From Octopus sinensis (taxonomy: Eukaryota): 64,000 nt of DNA. The translations under genes and the position numbers were made by a program. The stretch covers positions 27,590,001 to 27,654,000 of the forward strand of contig NC_043006.1 in NCBI RefSeq assembly GCF_006345805.1, in the 5' to 3' direction. Positions 1 through 11,325 of this stretch are shown here, piece by piece. Under the pieces are notes generated by a model. That model was given only the letters and a program-made list of their open reading frames with translations, made no database searches and was not told the origin of the DNA. How positions within the stretch are numbered: the first letter of the stretch is position 1; each line of letters opens with the position of its first letter.

Positions 1-286
1 AACTTTGGCATTATATTGTGCTTGGGAAGAAGACCCATCAAGTTGATCAAAATCGCAGTCATGGCAGATACCAGTGTCATGCAAACTGGCACCCATGCCA
101 GTGTAACGTAAAAACACCCATTACACTCTCAAAGTGGTTGGCATTAGGAAGGGCATCCAGCCATAGAAAACCATGCCAAATCAGACTGGAGTCTGGTGCA
201 GCCTTCCAGCGTGCCAGCCCAGTCAACCAGTCCAATCCATGCCAGTATGGACAACAGACATTAAATGATGATGATGATGATGATGA
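1..286 (+). mobile_element. 3' tail of RTE-LINE family (or tail-sharing SINE) ending in (GAT)n
   Basis: Motif GTGGTTGGCATTAGGAAGGGCATCCAGC followed by (GAT)n; the same tail follows RTE ORF ends at 10222-11300 and 16620-17100. Confidence 0.75.
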
Positions 287-320
287 AATTAACATAATGT
301 AAAATATTCAATGTACTTAC

Positions 321-512
321 CATCTCTTTATCCAAGAGGGGGTGATTTTCAATCCTTTTATATGACTTCACCCAAGCAACAATATTTTCGAGTTGGTTTT
401 TTTTCTCTCTGATATCCAGCTTATACAATAACTTTTGATTGTACCTCATATGATGTGATGTTAGATCATTGCCGCATACAATAGCCAGCTCAATCAATTC
501 ATTTGGAGACAA
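321..512 (-). CDS. Asteroid/FAM120-like PIN (FEN/XPG-type) nuclease, second coding exon (LSPNELIELAIVCGNDL...LDKEM)
   Basis: ttccag acceptor before 512 and GTAAGT donor at 320; 192 nt, phase 0/0, in frame with the exon ending at 7727; contains the CGND helix-turn-helix motif of FEN/XPG/asteroid proteins. Confidence 0.85.
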
Positions 513-1539
513 CTGGAATAAAAAGAGCAATCACTTAATTTTAAAAATAAATACTCATCAACTTCATTGAAGCTTTTTCAGTTTTTTTTTCTTTTCATTT
601 TGTTTATTTTACTTTATCAAATTTGAGACATGCAGCCAGAGATCCATAATGAACCAATTGCAAAAATGTTATGCTTAGTACAGAGTGCACTATGTTGCTT
701 TTTTTCATGGCTTAATCAAGTGAGAAAGGTCATCCAAGACTGGTGAGAGAAAGGGGTGATGTTGTCCATAGGCAAGAGACATAGCCTGAATATTTCCAAT
801 AAAATGGACTTCACTAAAGGACCCCAAAGGTAGCCAGGTGGTGGTGTTAAACTGGGTGATAGGTGAAGTTTACTACTCAAGAACAAGAATGGTCATTATA
901 ACGACCTTTCACACAGTTTCTGTTATCCAAATTTCAAAACTTTGGTCAACCAAAATCTATGGTAGGAGATATATCACCAAAATGTCAAAGACCATATAGT
1001 CACAAAGCAAACTTCTTAACCATATAGTCATGCTTGCATTCTGGTCTGCTGCATATGGAAATGGAAGAGAGAAATTGAAAATAGAAAGGAAAAGATGCCA
1101 TTGTTGTAATCTAATGGTCAACAGATTTTACCCTATCATCGTATAATCTCCTTGGCAAAGACACTATCATCTGCCTTGACCACCTGCTGTAAATATGTTC
1201 TGTGTCAAAGTACAGTTCATAAACAAAATTAGTAAAGACATCATATAACCATTGAATGTTTTTTCAGCTTGCAGTGATAATCTCAAAAGCTTCTCCTGAG
1301 CCAACAGGAGAACCTCTGAGTGATTATTTAACCTGCCAGAAATAGCAGGTTATACATCCTAAAGTTGTAAAGAAAAGAAAATAATGTAGTTTCTGATATA
1401 CAAAAAGATGAGATGGTCACAGGTACACCTTTAATCATGGAAAGGGATGTAACATGATGATGACAACATCAGTAGTGATGATTAACATCAAATTCACCAT
1501 CATAGTTATCATTGTTGTGTCTAGTTTTATCCCATGTTT

Positions 1540-1930
1540 GTATGGGTTGCATACTATGTCACCATTGGTTTTGGTCCTTAGTCATTTTTTTCATTACATT
1601 CAACTTCCTGGGTTCAGTTTACACTACTTTATCCCATGTCTTCCTTGGTCTTTTTCTTCTATGCATTCCTTCATCTTGGATTATTTGGCACTTCTTCACT
1701 CAAATGTCATCTTCTATACACATCACATGTCCATACCAGGTCAGTTGACTCTCTTGTACACTATATCTGAATCTTGGCATACCTAATTTTTCTGTCAGTC
1801 TATTTCTGCTCTATCTGCTCTATCTATAAAGCTAACATTACATATCCATCAAAGTATACACATCTCATTCCTTGGTACATCCTTCTCATTCATTGTCTAT
1901 GTTTTGCTACAGTGTAGCATATCATTTCAT
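1540..1930 (-). mobile_element. Highly decayed RTE-LINE 3' ORF fragment
   Basis: Resembles RTE C-terminal coding DNA seen elsewhere in the window (cacatgtccataccag, ggcacttcttcac). Confidence 0.5.
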
Positions 1931-2230
1931 GAAAAACATTCGAGTGAGGTCGTTGCCAGTGCCGCTGGACTGGCTCCTATGCAGGTGGCACGTAAAAAAC
2001 ACCACTTGAGCATGGCTGTTGACAGTACTGCCTGACTGGCCCTCGTGCCAGTGGCACGTAAAAGCACCCACTACACTCTCGGAGTGGTTGGCATTAGGAA
2101 GGGCATCCAGCTGTAGAAACTCTGCCAGATCAGATTGGAGCCTGGTGCAGCCATCTGGTTTGCCAGTCCTCAGTCAAATCATCCAACCCATGCTAGTATG
2201 GAAAGTGGACGTTAAACGATGATGATGATG
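1930..2230 (+). mobile_element. RTE-family 3' tail insertion with two GGTGGCACGTAAAA(G)CACC modules and (GAT)n end
   Basis: Near match to the tails at 1-286 and 3010-3250. Confidence 0.75.
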
Positions 2231-3009
2231 AAGCTGTCCTTCACTCAGAGACGGAATCCTTTTGAAGATCTAAGCAGAAGTAACATCTTTCATTTCAGGC
2301 ATACTCTAGTTGCTATACTTTACTAATTACCAACTGGGTACCTGAAGCTATTAACTACTTCTGAGGTACTCTGAGCATTTGAAAGTATTTAATGGGTGCT
2401 GCTTTTGATTGTACTGTTCTTGTGAGCTTGTGGTTTACAACTGACTATACAAAATTTCTACCTATTCCTTTATTTCATAATGTGCTTCGCTTCATAATTA
2501 AAACTGCACATTAACTTACACCAAACTGCATACCACTACCCTTGATAAATAGTCTTACCGTTTGGCTCAGAGAAGCCAGGTCTTTTTCACCTCTCATGTA
2601 CAATTTGAGATCATTGATTCAGAGCAAATGAGTTATTTTCACCCTGGTTTAGGCAAACTCTCAAGCAGACCTGGATTTTCTCAGTATGCTTGTCAGAGCG
2701 ATTAAGACAATGATGAAAAGTAATGGAGGAAACAAGTCACCCTGAAATATTGTCCTGCATATTATCACATTTCATACAATATATTTCCACATTTCAATTC
2801 TACTTCCCATGATATTAAAAAACTGTTAATGTTCTCTTTGCTCTGATTGTTTTCACGTCAAAAGCCATTATGTTATACTTTCTTATAATCTATCCAAGTT
2901 CTGCTTTATTATTCATACCTCACTTAGTATCATGCTATTAATATACAACAGGCAAGTAGTTCCCTTTGAGTTCTTTCAGCATCTCTTTTGCTCCTCTGGT
3001 AATAGATTA

Positions 3010-3250
3010 ATCATCATCATCATCGTTCAACGTCCGTTTTCCGTGCTAGCACGGGTTGGACGGTTCGACCGGGGTCTGGGAAGCCAGGAGGCTGCACCAG
3101 GCTCTAGTCTGATCTGGCAGAGTTTCTACAGCCAGATGCCCTTCCTAATGCCAACCACTCCATGAGTGTAGTGGGTGCTTTTTACGTGCCAGAGGAGGCT
3201 GGCAGCGGCCACGATCGGTTGGTGCTTTTTACGTGCCACTTTTTACGTGC
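3010..3250 (-). mobile_element. RTE-family 3' tail
   Basis: (CAT)n followed by cgttcaacgtccgttttccgtgctagcacggg, the reverse complement of the tail. Confidence 0.75.
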
Positions 3251-3364
3251 CATGGTGGCGTGAAGGCGGCAACCACCCACCAGGCTGACGGGGTCTTTGG
3301 CTGACATCTCCGGCATTATGCCGACTGATACCGGAGACATACACCTGCCGGCTGCTACCCCGTC

Positions 3365-3905
3365 CTCCAGAAAACCATACACTTCATCAGATACAAGGCC
3401 AGTTAATAATTTCCAGAGTAATGGTAAGCATGTAATAGGCCTATAATTATTGACTTACCCTCCTATTTCTTTGTTCTTCTGTATTTGCACTGTTTTCCCT
3501 TTTGTCATTCATATTGGTGCTCCATTTTCTACAGTCATTAAGAAACAGTTTTATAAAGCTGAGTGTGCTTATGAGATGTTTTTTTAAACCAGAATTTCTG
3601 ACACCATCTGGGCCAAGGGCTTTCCAATTTAGTAGTTTTTACGCATCCTTTTCACTTTCTCATCTGTAATATTTATATTCTTTTGTTTTTATCTATTTTC
3701 CATTTCACTCTTAAATTTCTGTAACCATTCTGCTTCCCTGTTATGTTGAACCTCTTTGCCCTAAATATCTGACCAAAAGTCCCCTGCTGCTTCAGTATTT
3801 GGCATCTGATGTTCATTTACATTGTTATTTTCATTATTTCTGAAGGAATATTTAGTTGATGACTCTTGTAGTTTTGCCTCTCCTTCAAGATCCCATTCTT
3901 CAAGC
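3365..3905 (-). mobile_element. Decayed non-LTR retrotransposon RT fragment, R4/Dong/NeSL-like
   Basis: Minus strand reads NWKALGPDG...NYRPITCLPLLWKLLTGLVSDEVYGFLE with stops and frameshifts. Confidence 0.65.
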
Positions 3906-4029
3906 TTTGCAACATAAAATTTTCTTTGAAGCACTCACAAAAAAAGATTTCCCAAAGAAATCCTTCTCTCAATAGCCAAAAGTAGACAATAAAACAAAAA
4001 GCTTTTTTTAGAAACATTTAAAATTTATT

Positions 4030-4310
4030 TATACATTACAGATACGGGCATGATTCATCATCATTGTTCGACTGTGGCCGAGACAATGGAATTCATAGTG
4101 CTGTCTATCTCCTTGTCTACCTCAGACTTTGCACCAGCCACAGATTTGGTCAGTGCCCCCCCATCCAGTAAATTGTCCCACAGGAACTTCCAGTTGTCCT
4201 CTAAGCTATATGCCTCTTCCTCCTCCTCTTTATCATCAGAGGCCTCCAATAGAATGTCTCTAAATTTTTGTTAGTTTGCTTGGTCTTTGAGCTTCCATAA
4301 TCTTCTTTTT
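4030..4310 (-). mobile_element. RTE-LINE ORF fragment (EN-RT linker)
   Basis: EDNWKFLWDNLL resembles the linker of the large RTE near 19340. Confidence 0.55.
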
Positions 4311-4624
4311 CAGTATGATTTATTTCTGTGAGTTTTTCTAGCCCTAATTCTGAAGTCACTAACTAGTAGCCTATGTTGGAGTGTACTCTTCACCTGGGAA
4401 AGACTTCACATATGTGTGCATCAGCCTATCTCGTTGCCATCTATGGAAGGCTTTGGTTGACCCAAGGCTATAGTAGAAAACACTTTCCTAAGGTGCTTCA
4501 CAGTGGTACTGAACCCGGGAATCATGTGGTTGGGAAGCAAGCTTCCTACCACACAGTCATGCCTAACTAGAAAGGGTAATGCCTGTTCAGCCTGTAATGA
4601 CATGCATAAGATCTGGTCATCATA

Positions 4625-4789
4625 GGCGCAGGAGTGGCTGTGTGGTAAGTAGCTTGCTAACCAACCACATGGTTTCGGGTTCAGTCCCACTGCGTGGCAT
4701 CTTGGGCAAGTATCTTCTGCTATAGCATCGGGCCGACCAATGCCTTGTGAGTGGATTTGGTAGACGGAAACTGAAAGAAGCCTGTTGTA

Positions 4790-4884
<95 letters not shown>

Positions 4885-5108
4885 TATATGTATGTGTGTG
4901 TTTGTCCCCCTAGCATTGCTTGACAACCGATGCTGGTATGTTTACGTCCCTGTCACTTAGCGGTTCGGCAAAAGAGACCGATAGAATAAGTACTGGTCTT
5001 ACAAAGAATAAGTCCCGGGGTCGATTTGCTCGACTAAAGGCGGTGCTCCAGCATGACCACAGTCAAATGACTGAAACAAGTAAAAGAGTAAAAGAGTAAA
5101 GAGAGAGA
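4625..5108 (+). mobile_element. Full-length tRNA-derived CORE-like SINE with internal (AT)n and LINE-derived 3' tail
   Basis: Pol III A box TGGCTGTGTGG, B box GGTTCAGTCCC, CORE-like TTGGGCAAGT segment, internal (AT)n, tail GGCGGTGCTCCAGCATG...GACTGAAAC(AAGAGT)n; other copies at 50843-51212 and 59140-59533. Confidence 0.85.
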
Positions 5109-5109
5109 G

Positions 5110-5421
5110 TAAATCTAAGTAGAGATTTCAAACTTAAAATCTTCAAAGCCACATTCGAACCAATTCTACTATATGGCTCAGAAACCTGGACGTTATCAAA
5201 GAAGCTTGAGAGGCGGTTGGATGAAACTTACACTCACCTCCTTATGAGAGCTCAAAATCTCTCGTAGAAACAGCATCCAACCAAAGTACAAATATATGGG
5301 AAATTACCACCTGTATCATCTCTTGTGAAAGGTAGAAGAGTCCAGTTTGCTGGACATTGTTGTAGAGCTAAAAACGAGGTAATTTCTACTCTTCTCCTCT
5401 GGAAGCCATCTGCTCGCAATA
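5110..5421 (+). mobile_element. LINE ORF C-terminal fragment (second RTE/RTE-X-like family)
   Basis: Translates KIFKATFEPILLYGSETWTLSKKLERRLD...RRVQFAGHC. Confidence 0.7.
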
Positions 5422-5424
5422 GTG

Positions 5425-7230
5425 ATGTGATGGGTGAGAAATGTGTATGAGTGGATAATGGTGTGCTTGCATTTAGTGATTCAGAGAAGAAAGATATATG
5501 GAGATGCTGCTATGAAAGGTTTATTAAATGTGGAGAATGACTGGGAGAAGGAGAGTCTTTCAAATATCAAACCAATTGGGGGACCAGCCAGAGGTGATAG
5601 TAGTATAATAGATAAGGCAATTAAGGATATGAAGGCTGGAAAAGCCCCTGGACCATCAGGTATCACAGCTGAGCTGATTGAAATATCTGGTGTGGGATAC
5701 AGCCTAGTCACTTGCATAGCTAACCAGGTTATTCAGGAAGGCATCATTCCCAAAGACTGATGTAGTAGTACTATAGTTAGCTGCTACAAGGGTAAAAGTG
5801 ATGCCTTAGATAGAAACAACTATAGGGGTATCAAACTGTTGGACCAGGTTATGAAAATTACAGAGAGGGTTATAGCTCAATTGATTAGGAATAGAATTAA
5901 AGTAGATGACATGCAGTTTGGTTTTGTTTCTGGGAGAAGTACCACAGATGCCATCTTCCTAGTGAGACAGTTGCAAGAAAAGTATTTGGCCAAAAGTAAA
6001 CCATTGTACTTAACTTTTGTTGAACTGGAGAAAGCTTTCAACAGGGTTCCCCACTCTTATTTGGTAGTCTCTAAGGAAGCTAGGAGTAGAGGAGTGGCTT
6101 ATTAGAGCCATACAAGCCATGTACAGTGGTGCTGTCAGTAAGGTGAGAATTGGCGTTGGATACAGTGATGAATTTAGCATACAAGTTGGAGTTCACCAGG
6201 GATCAGTTGTTAGTCCACTCTTATTCATTATAGTTTCTCCAGGCCATAACAACAGAATTCAATACTGGATGTCCATGGGAACTGGTATATGCTGATGATC
6301 TACCTCTTATTGCAGAATCTGAAGCAGATTGGAGAAGTTCCAGGTATGGAAGCAAAACTTGGAATCAAAGGGCCTTAAAGTTAACCTAGCAAAGACTAAA
6401 GTTGTTGTTAGCAAGAAAGCAGATAAGACTCTCTTTCCATCAGATAAACAGCCCTGCTCAATTTATAGGAAAGGAGTGGGAAGTAATTCCATTTGCTTAC
6501 ACCCAGTGTAAGAGATGTAGTGGAATCACAGGTAGGTTAAGAGATTAAGGTAGCTTTTGTGAGTAGCAGATGTGCAGGAACAATAAGCACTAAGAGTACA
6601 TGAGACTTAAACTCTCTCCAATGTCCAGGAGGCTCTCTTGAGGGAGTAGACAGTTTCTGCTACTTAGGTGACCAAATTAGTAACAATGATGGATGCTCTG
6701 AAAGTATTGTTTCTAGAATAAGAATAGGATGGAGGAAGTTCAGAGAGCTACTACCTCTGTTGGTAATAAAAAGTCTCCCTCTCAGAGTGAAAGGTAGATT
6801 GTATTGATGCTTGTTTATGAATGGCTATACTCCGTGGCAGTGAGACATGGGCTCTGAATGCAGAGGACATGCATAGACTGGAGAGGAATGAAGATAGTAT
6901 GCTCCGTTGGATGAGCAACATCAGTCTGCATGGCCAACAAAGCACAACTGTTTTGAGAGGAAAGTTAGGCAGAATTAAATTTGGCATGCAGGAGAGGACA
7001 CCCAAGTGATATTTGTAAAAGAGTATCACTAACATACAGTCAATGTCATTCATTTCCAATATTTTATGAAATTAAGTCTGGTCATGGGGAAATATTACCT
7101 TGCCTGGAGACAAGCGAGGGTTGGCAATTAGAAGGGCATCTGGCCAATGAAACATCTGTCTCATTAAACTCCATCCAATCCAGGTAGCCATGAATGAGGA
7201 TGGTGATGATGAAATGATGATGATGATGAT
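5425..7230 (+). mobile_element. 5'-truncated decayed RTE-LINE (RT to C-terminus plus tail)
   Basis: KAPGPSGI, NYRGIKLLDQVMK, QFGFVSGRSTTDAIF, GVHQGS, YADD and GSETW motifs broken by frameshifts; (GAT)n tail near 7200. Confidence 0.9.
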
Positions 7231-7726
7231 CACTAGCATCCAACAACATAGTCATTGGATTTGTAGAAATCCAATAAGTATGTTGTTGAAAAGTGGCTAA
7301 AGACAAAGCCCTAACATTATAAATGTCTGCTTGCTAACGAGATAAGTAGCTGGAATTGTGATCTGAAAGTTGACAAAATTTTACAACTCTACATGAGCTC
7401 TGAAGGAAGATTTTCTATGAAATCTTGGCAAATATCCAAAATAAAAAGCAACAAACCTTTATGCTAATAAATTTTGAATATGTACATTTTAGAAATCAAG
7501 TTAGATGGACCAAATTTTAGAATCATTGATTGAATAAAATAAGTTTTACAGTTTAAACATGTAGCCAATACATACCTGAATTTTTTTTTTATTCTTCCTA
7601 TAAATGGCTGTTTCCCACATACAACTAGTTTTGGCCAGTTATCAGTAAATTTAAAGAGAACCAAACAGATGAGAAATCATTTCTTTAAATAATAATTTTG
7701 AATAAAGATGAAAAAATACAACTTAC

Positions 7727-8464
7727 GCCAAACATATGACTGACTCTTTCATTATTTATCAGTCCAGTTTGAAGATGTAAAGGTTTTTTCGGAAACTCTT
7801 CACAATATTCTAGCTCCATGTCATTGTGAATATCAAACAATTTTGGTGGAATAAAACAACAGTCTTTAAAAAGGCAGAAATCAGAATCATAACTGAAAAT
7901 CGCAAATGCTTTGCTATCCAACAGCTGCTTGACTATCATGTCATCAGCTTCACCTGAGCAATTCACTATTTTACAACCACATTCTGTCAGAGCAGAATTG
8001 AAAATTACATCACGAAGAACAGGCCTTACAATGTCATCACATGACAAGTCTTCAATGCTGATTTCATTGTAAAATACAGATAACATATTTTTAATCTTCC
8101 TCATATCATTTTGAGAACGAGATAACCATGTGTTTAATCTCCTCTTAGTGGTTTCCTTGCATGAGCCTCTTGCACCATCAACTAAAAATGTTAGATGGAT
8201 ATCCACAGACTGTAAATTCTTTATCAGAGCAGTTACATAGAGGGACAAAGAGGAATATTCCCCACCATAAAGTAATAGATATCTGTTTTTATTTTTGTTT
8301 GTAAGATTTGTTATAAACTTTTCATAAACCCAATTTGCAAAACAGTAATAATCAACCAGTATTTCAATTCCTTTTTGCTCACATGCAACTTCAACAAGGT
8401 CAACAAAAGTGCAGCATTGTTTTTGGTTCTTGAGACAGTAGGATAATAACCCTTGAACACCCAT
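7727..8464 (-). CDS. Asteroid/FAM120-like PIN (FEN/XPG-type) 5' nuclease, first coding exon
   Basis: MGVQGL start; LVD, YGGEY, LVDG, GEADD and YDSDF motifs typical of XPG_N/XPG_I-like proteins (ASTE1, FAM120). Exon acceptor ttttgcag before 8487, in-frame TAA upstream of the ATG, GTAAGT donor at 7726. Confidence 0.9.
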
Positions 8465-8576
8465 CTTTTTTCCTTAGAAAGATTCACCTGCAAAAGCAAA
8501 CAGAAGTTCATTAATTAAATATTACAAATATTTTGACAAGGCACAAAAGCCCAATATTTTTCAGAAATCAGATATT

Positions 8577-8790
8577 CTTTTCTACTCTAGGTACAAGGCC
8601 CAAAATATTTGGGGAGGGGGTGGCAGTCAATAAGATCGACTCCAGTACGTAACTGGTACTTAATTTATCGACCCTGAAAGGATGAAAGACAAAGTCAACC
8701 ATGGCAGAATTTGAACTCAGAATGTAAAGACAGACGAAATACCGCTAAGCGTTTTGCCCGGCATGGTAACGTTTCTGCCAGCTCAACACC
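8577..8790 (-). mobile_element. tRNA-derived MetaSINE-like SINE with 17-bp target-site duplication
   Basis: B-box GAGTTCAAATTC and Meta-like GTTGACTTTGTCTTTCATCCTTTC core on the minus strand; TSD ttcagaaatcagatatt at 8560-8576 and 8791-8807. Confidence 0.85.
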
Positions 8791-8934
8791 TTCAGAAATC
8801 AGATATTATTATACCCATGTCTCTCTTAAGCAGCATGAGAGTGAACTTACATCAACTGAGAAACCTAACCATAATATCTGCTTGATAGGAGTCTACTAAA
8901 TTATAATTAGATATTACACATTCATTGGAGCTTA

Positions 8935-9230
8935 CTGGCTTTATTCCTTGTGAGCTTACTGCTAAGGACATGCGTAAGCTCACAAGGAATGAAGCCAGTA
9001 GGCTCCAATGGATGTATAATGTCAGTGTGCATACTCGACAGAGTGTAAGTACCTTGAGAGAAATGTTGGACCTTAGAAGCATCAGATGTGGTGTGCAAGA
9101 GAGACGACTGCGTTGGTATGGCCATGTGGTGAGAATGGATGTGGATAGCTGTGTGAAAAAGTGCCACACTCCTAGCGGTTGAGGGAACCTGTGGAAGAGG
9201 TAAACCCAGGAAGAACTGGGATGAGGTGGA
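8935..9230 (+). mobile_element. RTE-LINE C-terminal fragment
   Basis: RCGVQERRLRWYGHVVRMD...GRGKPRKNWDEV. Confidence 0.85.
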
Positions 9231-9790
9231 TCTATCCATCGTGGGATTCTTCCTACCCTAATTCTAACAATCCGTTTATCCAAACAGTTTGGCATCAATG
9301 TCCATTTCTCTCCCTGTATCATCCTGATGGAGACTTTTTCTGCCTCCCCACCTGATACAAAGGTTACCATAATAGACACGTATCGCTTTCCTCTCATAAA
9401 GAACTCTATGCTGTCTCTTATCTGTCTTTCCAAAATTTCTTCCATTTCCTCCTGTGTCGCATTTTCAATTCTTCTATTTTTATTTGAAAACAATCTGAAT
9501 ATTACTGTCTTCTTTTCCATTTTCACTTTTTCCTCCTCTGGCAGGGTCAGTTTTATATTTGACTCTTCCTTCTCTACCATAATACCATATTTCACTATCA
9601 GCTCTCCCTCCCACTGCAACATCTCCCATTTCAGCACACTTGGGTCTAGGGGAACTCGACTTCCAGCAGCTTCCGCACAACTTCTCATTTATCTCAATTA
9701 TTCACTACTACCCAACAATGGTGGTTTCACAAAAAATCGCCTAGAGTCCTTCAAAAAACAACAAAATCATGGCTTGCAAGCTGTTGACGC
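9230..9790 (-). mobile_element. Probable LINE ORF1 (gag-like) N-terminal fragment
   Basis: About 150 open codons ending IRVGRIP, truncated by an RTE piece; family assignment is tentative. Confidence 0.4.
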
Positions 9791-10186
9791 CTATTTGCCT
9801 TTGGAAACATGGAGATTTCAAGTGAAATACATTCATTGATTTCAAAAGTAGAAATATTACATTTCTAAATCTCTAAGAGATTTATACAGTAGCAGCATGA
9901 TAAAGTGATGGTATGTTGCCAACTTAATGCGGCAGTCCCATGAATAGGAAGAATGCTACTGCTATTTAGCCCTAGGAAACACCATTTCCAGTTGGCCATG
10001 ACACATTTTCTGTGTCCTTATGTTTTCAAAGGGGAGATAAGCACCTCCACCCAGCAAAATGCATATATGTATACATATGAATATATGTGTGTGTGTTTCT
10101 GGGTGTGGGGTGCATGGATGTGTGTGTATGTATGCATATATATATATACATATATATGCATATATATATATATACATATATATATG

Positions 10187-10221
<35 letters not shown>

Positions 10222-10223
<2 letters not shown>

Positions 10224-11300
10224 CATCATTTAGTATCCGTCTGCCATGCTAGCATGGGTGGGACAGTTCAACTGGGGTCTGTGAAGCTGGAAGGCTTCAT
10301 CAGGCCCAGTCAGATCTGGCAGTGTTTCTACAGCTGGATGCCCTTCCTAATGCCAACCACTCCGTGAGTGTAGTGGGTGCTTTTTACATGCCACCCGCAC
10401 AGGTGCCAGACAGAGCTGGCAAACGGCCACGAACGGATGGTGCTGTTACGTGTCACCGGCACGGGGGCCAGGCGAGGCTGGCAATGGACACGAACGGATG
10501 GTGCTTTTACGTGCCACCGACACGGGGGCCAGACAGAGCTGGTAAACGGCCACGAACGGATGGTGCTTTTACGTGTCACCTGCATGGGGGCCAGGCGAGG
10601 CTGGCAATGGACACGAACGGATGGTGCTTTTACATGCCACCGACACGGGGGCCAGACAGAGCTGGTAAACGGCCACGAACGGATGGTGCTTTTACGTGTC
10701 ACCTGCATGGGGGCCAGGCGAGGCTGGCAATGGACACGAACGGATGGTGCTTTTACATGCCACCGACACGGGGGCCAGACAGAGCTGGCAAACGGCCACG
10801 AACGGATGGTGCTTTTACGTGTCACCTGCACGGGGGCCAGGCAAGGCTGGCAATGGACACGAACAGATGGTGCTTTTACGTGCCACCGACACGGAGGCTA
10901 GACGGGGCGGCGCCGGCAACGACCACGATCGGATGGTTCGCTTAACCACAGCTGCAATTCCCACTGATGTTGATCGACCTCAATTTGGTTCTGCTTTCTG
11001 ATATATGAATTGATTTGGTTTGATTTTGATTCTCACTGGTCTTGCCGGGTTTTCTCACGCACAGCATACTTCCAAAGGTCTCGGTCTCTGGTCATTTCCT
11101 TGGTGAGACCTAAAGTTCGAAGGTCGTGCTTCACCACCTTGACCCAGGCTTTCCTGGGTCTACCTCTTCCACAGGTCCCCTCAACTGCCAGGGTGTGGCA
11201 CTTTCGCACACAACTATCTTCAGCCATTCTCATCACATGACCATACCAGCGCAAACGTCTCTCTTGCAAACAACAACTGATGCTTCTTAGGTTCAACTTT
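10222..11300 (-). mobile_element. RTE-LINE 3' end (C-terminal ORF, 3' UTR with tandem array, tail)
   Basis: ERRLRWYGHVMRM...GRGRPRKAW...DRDLWK stop at 11033, followed by UTR and (GAT)n tail. Confidence 0.9.
10372..10935. repeat. Higher-order tandem array: 123-bp period made of two alternating ~61/62-bp subunits, about 9 subunits
   Basis: gagctgg(c/t)aaacggccac recurs at 10413, 10536, 10659 and 10782; each subunit shares cacgaacggatggtgcttttac(g/a)tg. Confidence 0.95.
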
Positions 11301-11325
11301 TCTCTCTCTCTCTCTCTATATATAT

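Noticed and set aside
4625-4700. tRNA-like sequence with A and B boxes (also near 42800-42876)
   Set aside because: SINE heads without a full cloverleaf, continuing into SINE bodies.
8852-9688. 278-aa ORF as a host gene or upstream exon
   Set aside because: Chimera of a probable LINE ORF1 fragment and the antisense of an RTE fragment; the host ATG at 8464 has an in-frame stop just upstream.
10372-10935. CRISPR-like look (constant ~25-bp repeat with ~36-bp spacers)
   Set aside because: The spacers alternate between two near-identical sequences, there are no cas genes, and the array sits in a eukaryotic LINE 3' UTR.
10322-10945. 207-aa, 174-aa and 167-aa repetitive ORFs
   Set aside because: By-product of a 123-bp (multiple of 3) GC-rich repeat that is open in several frames on both strands.
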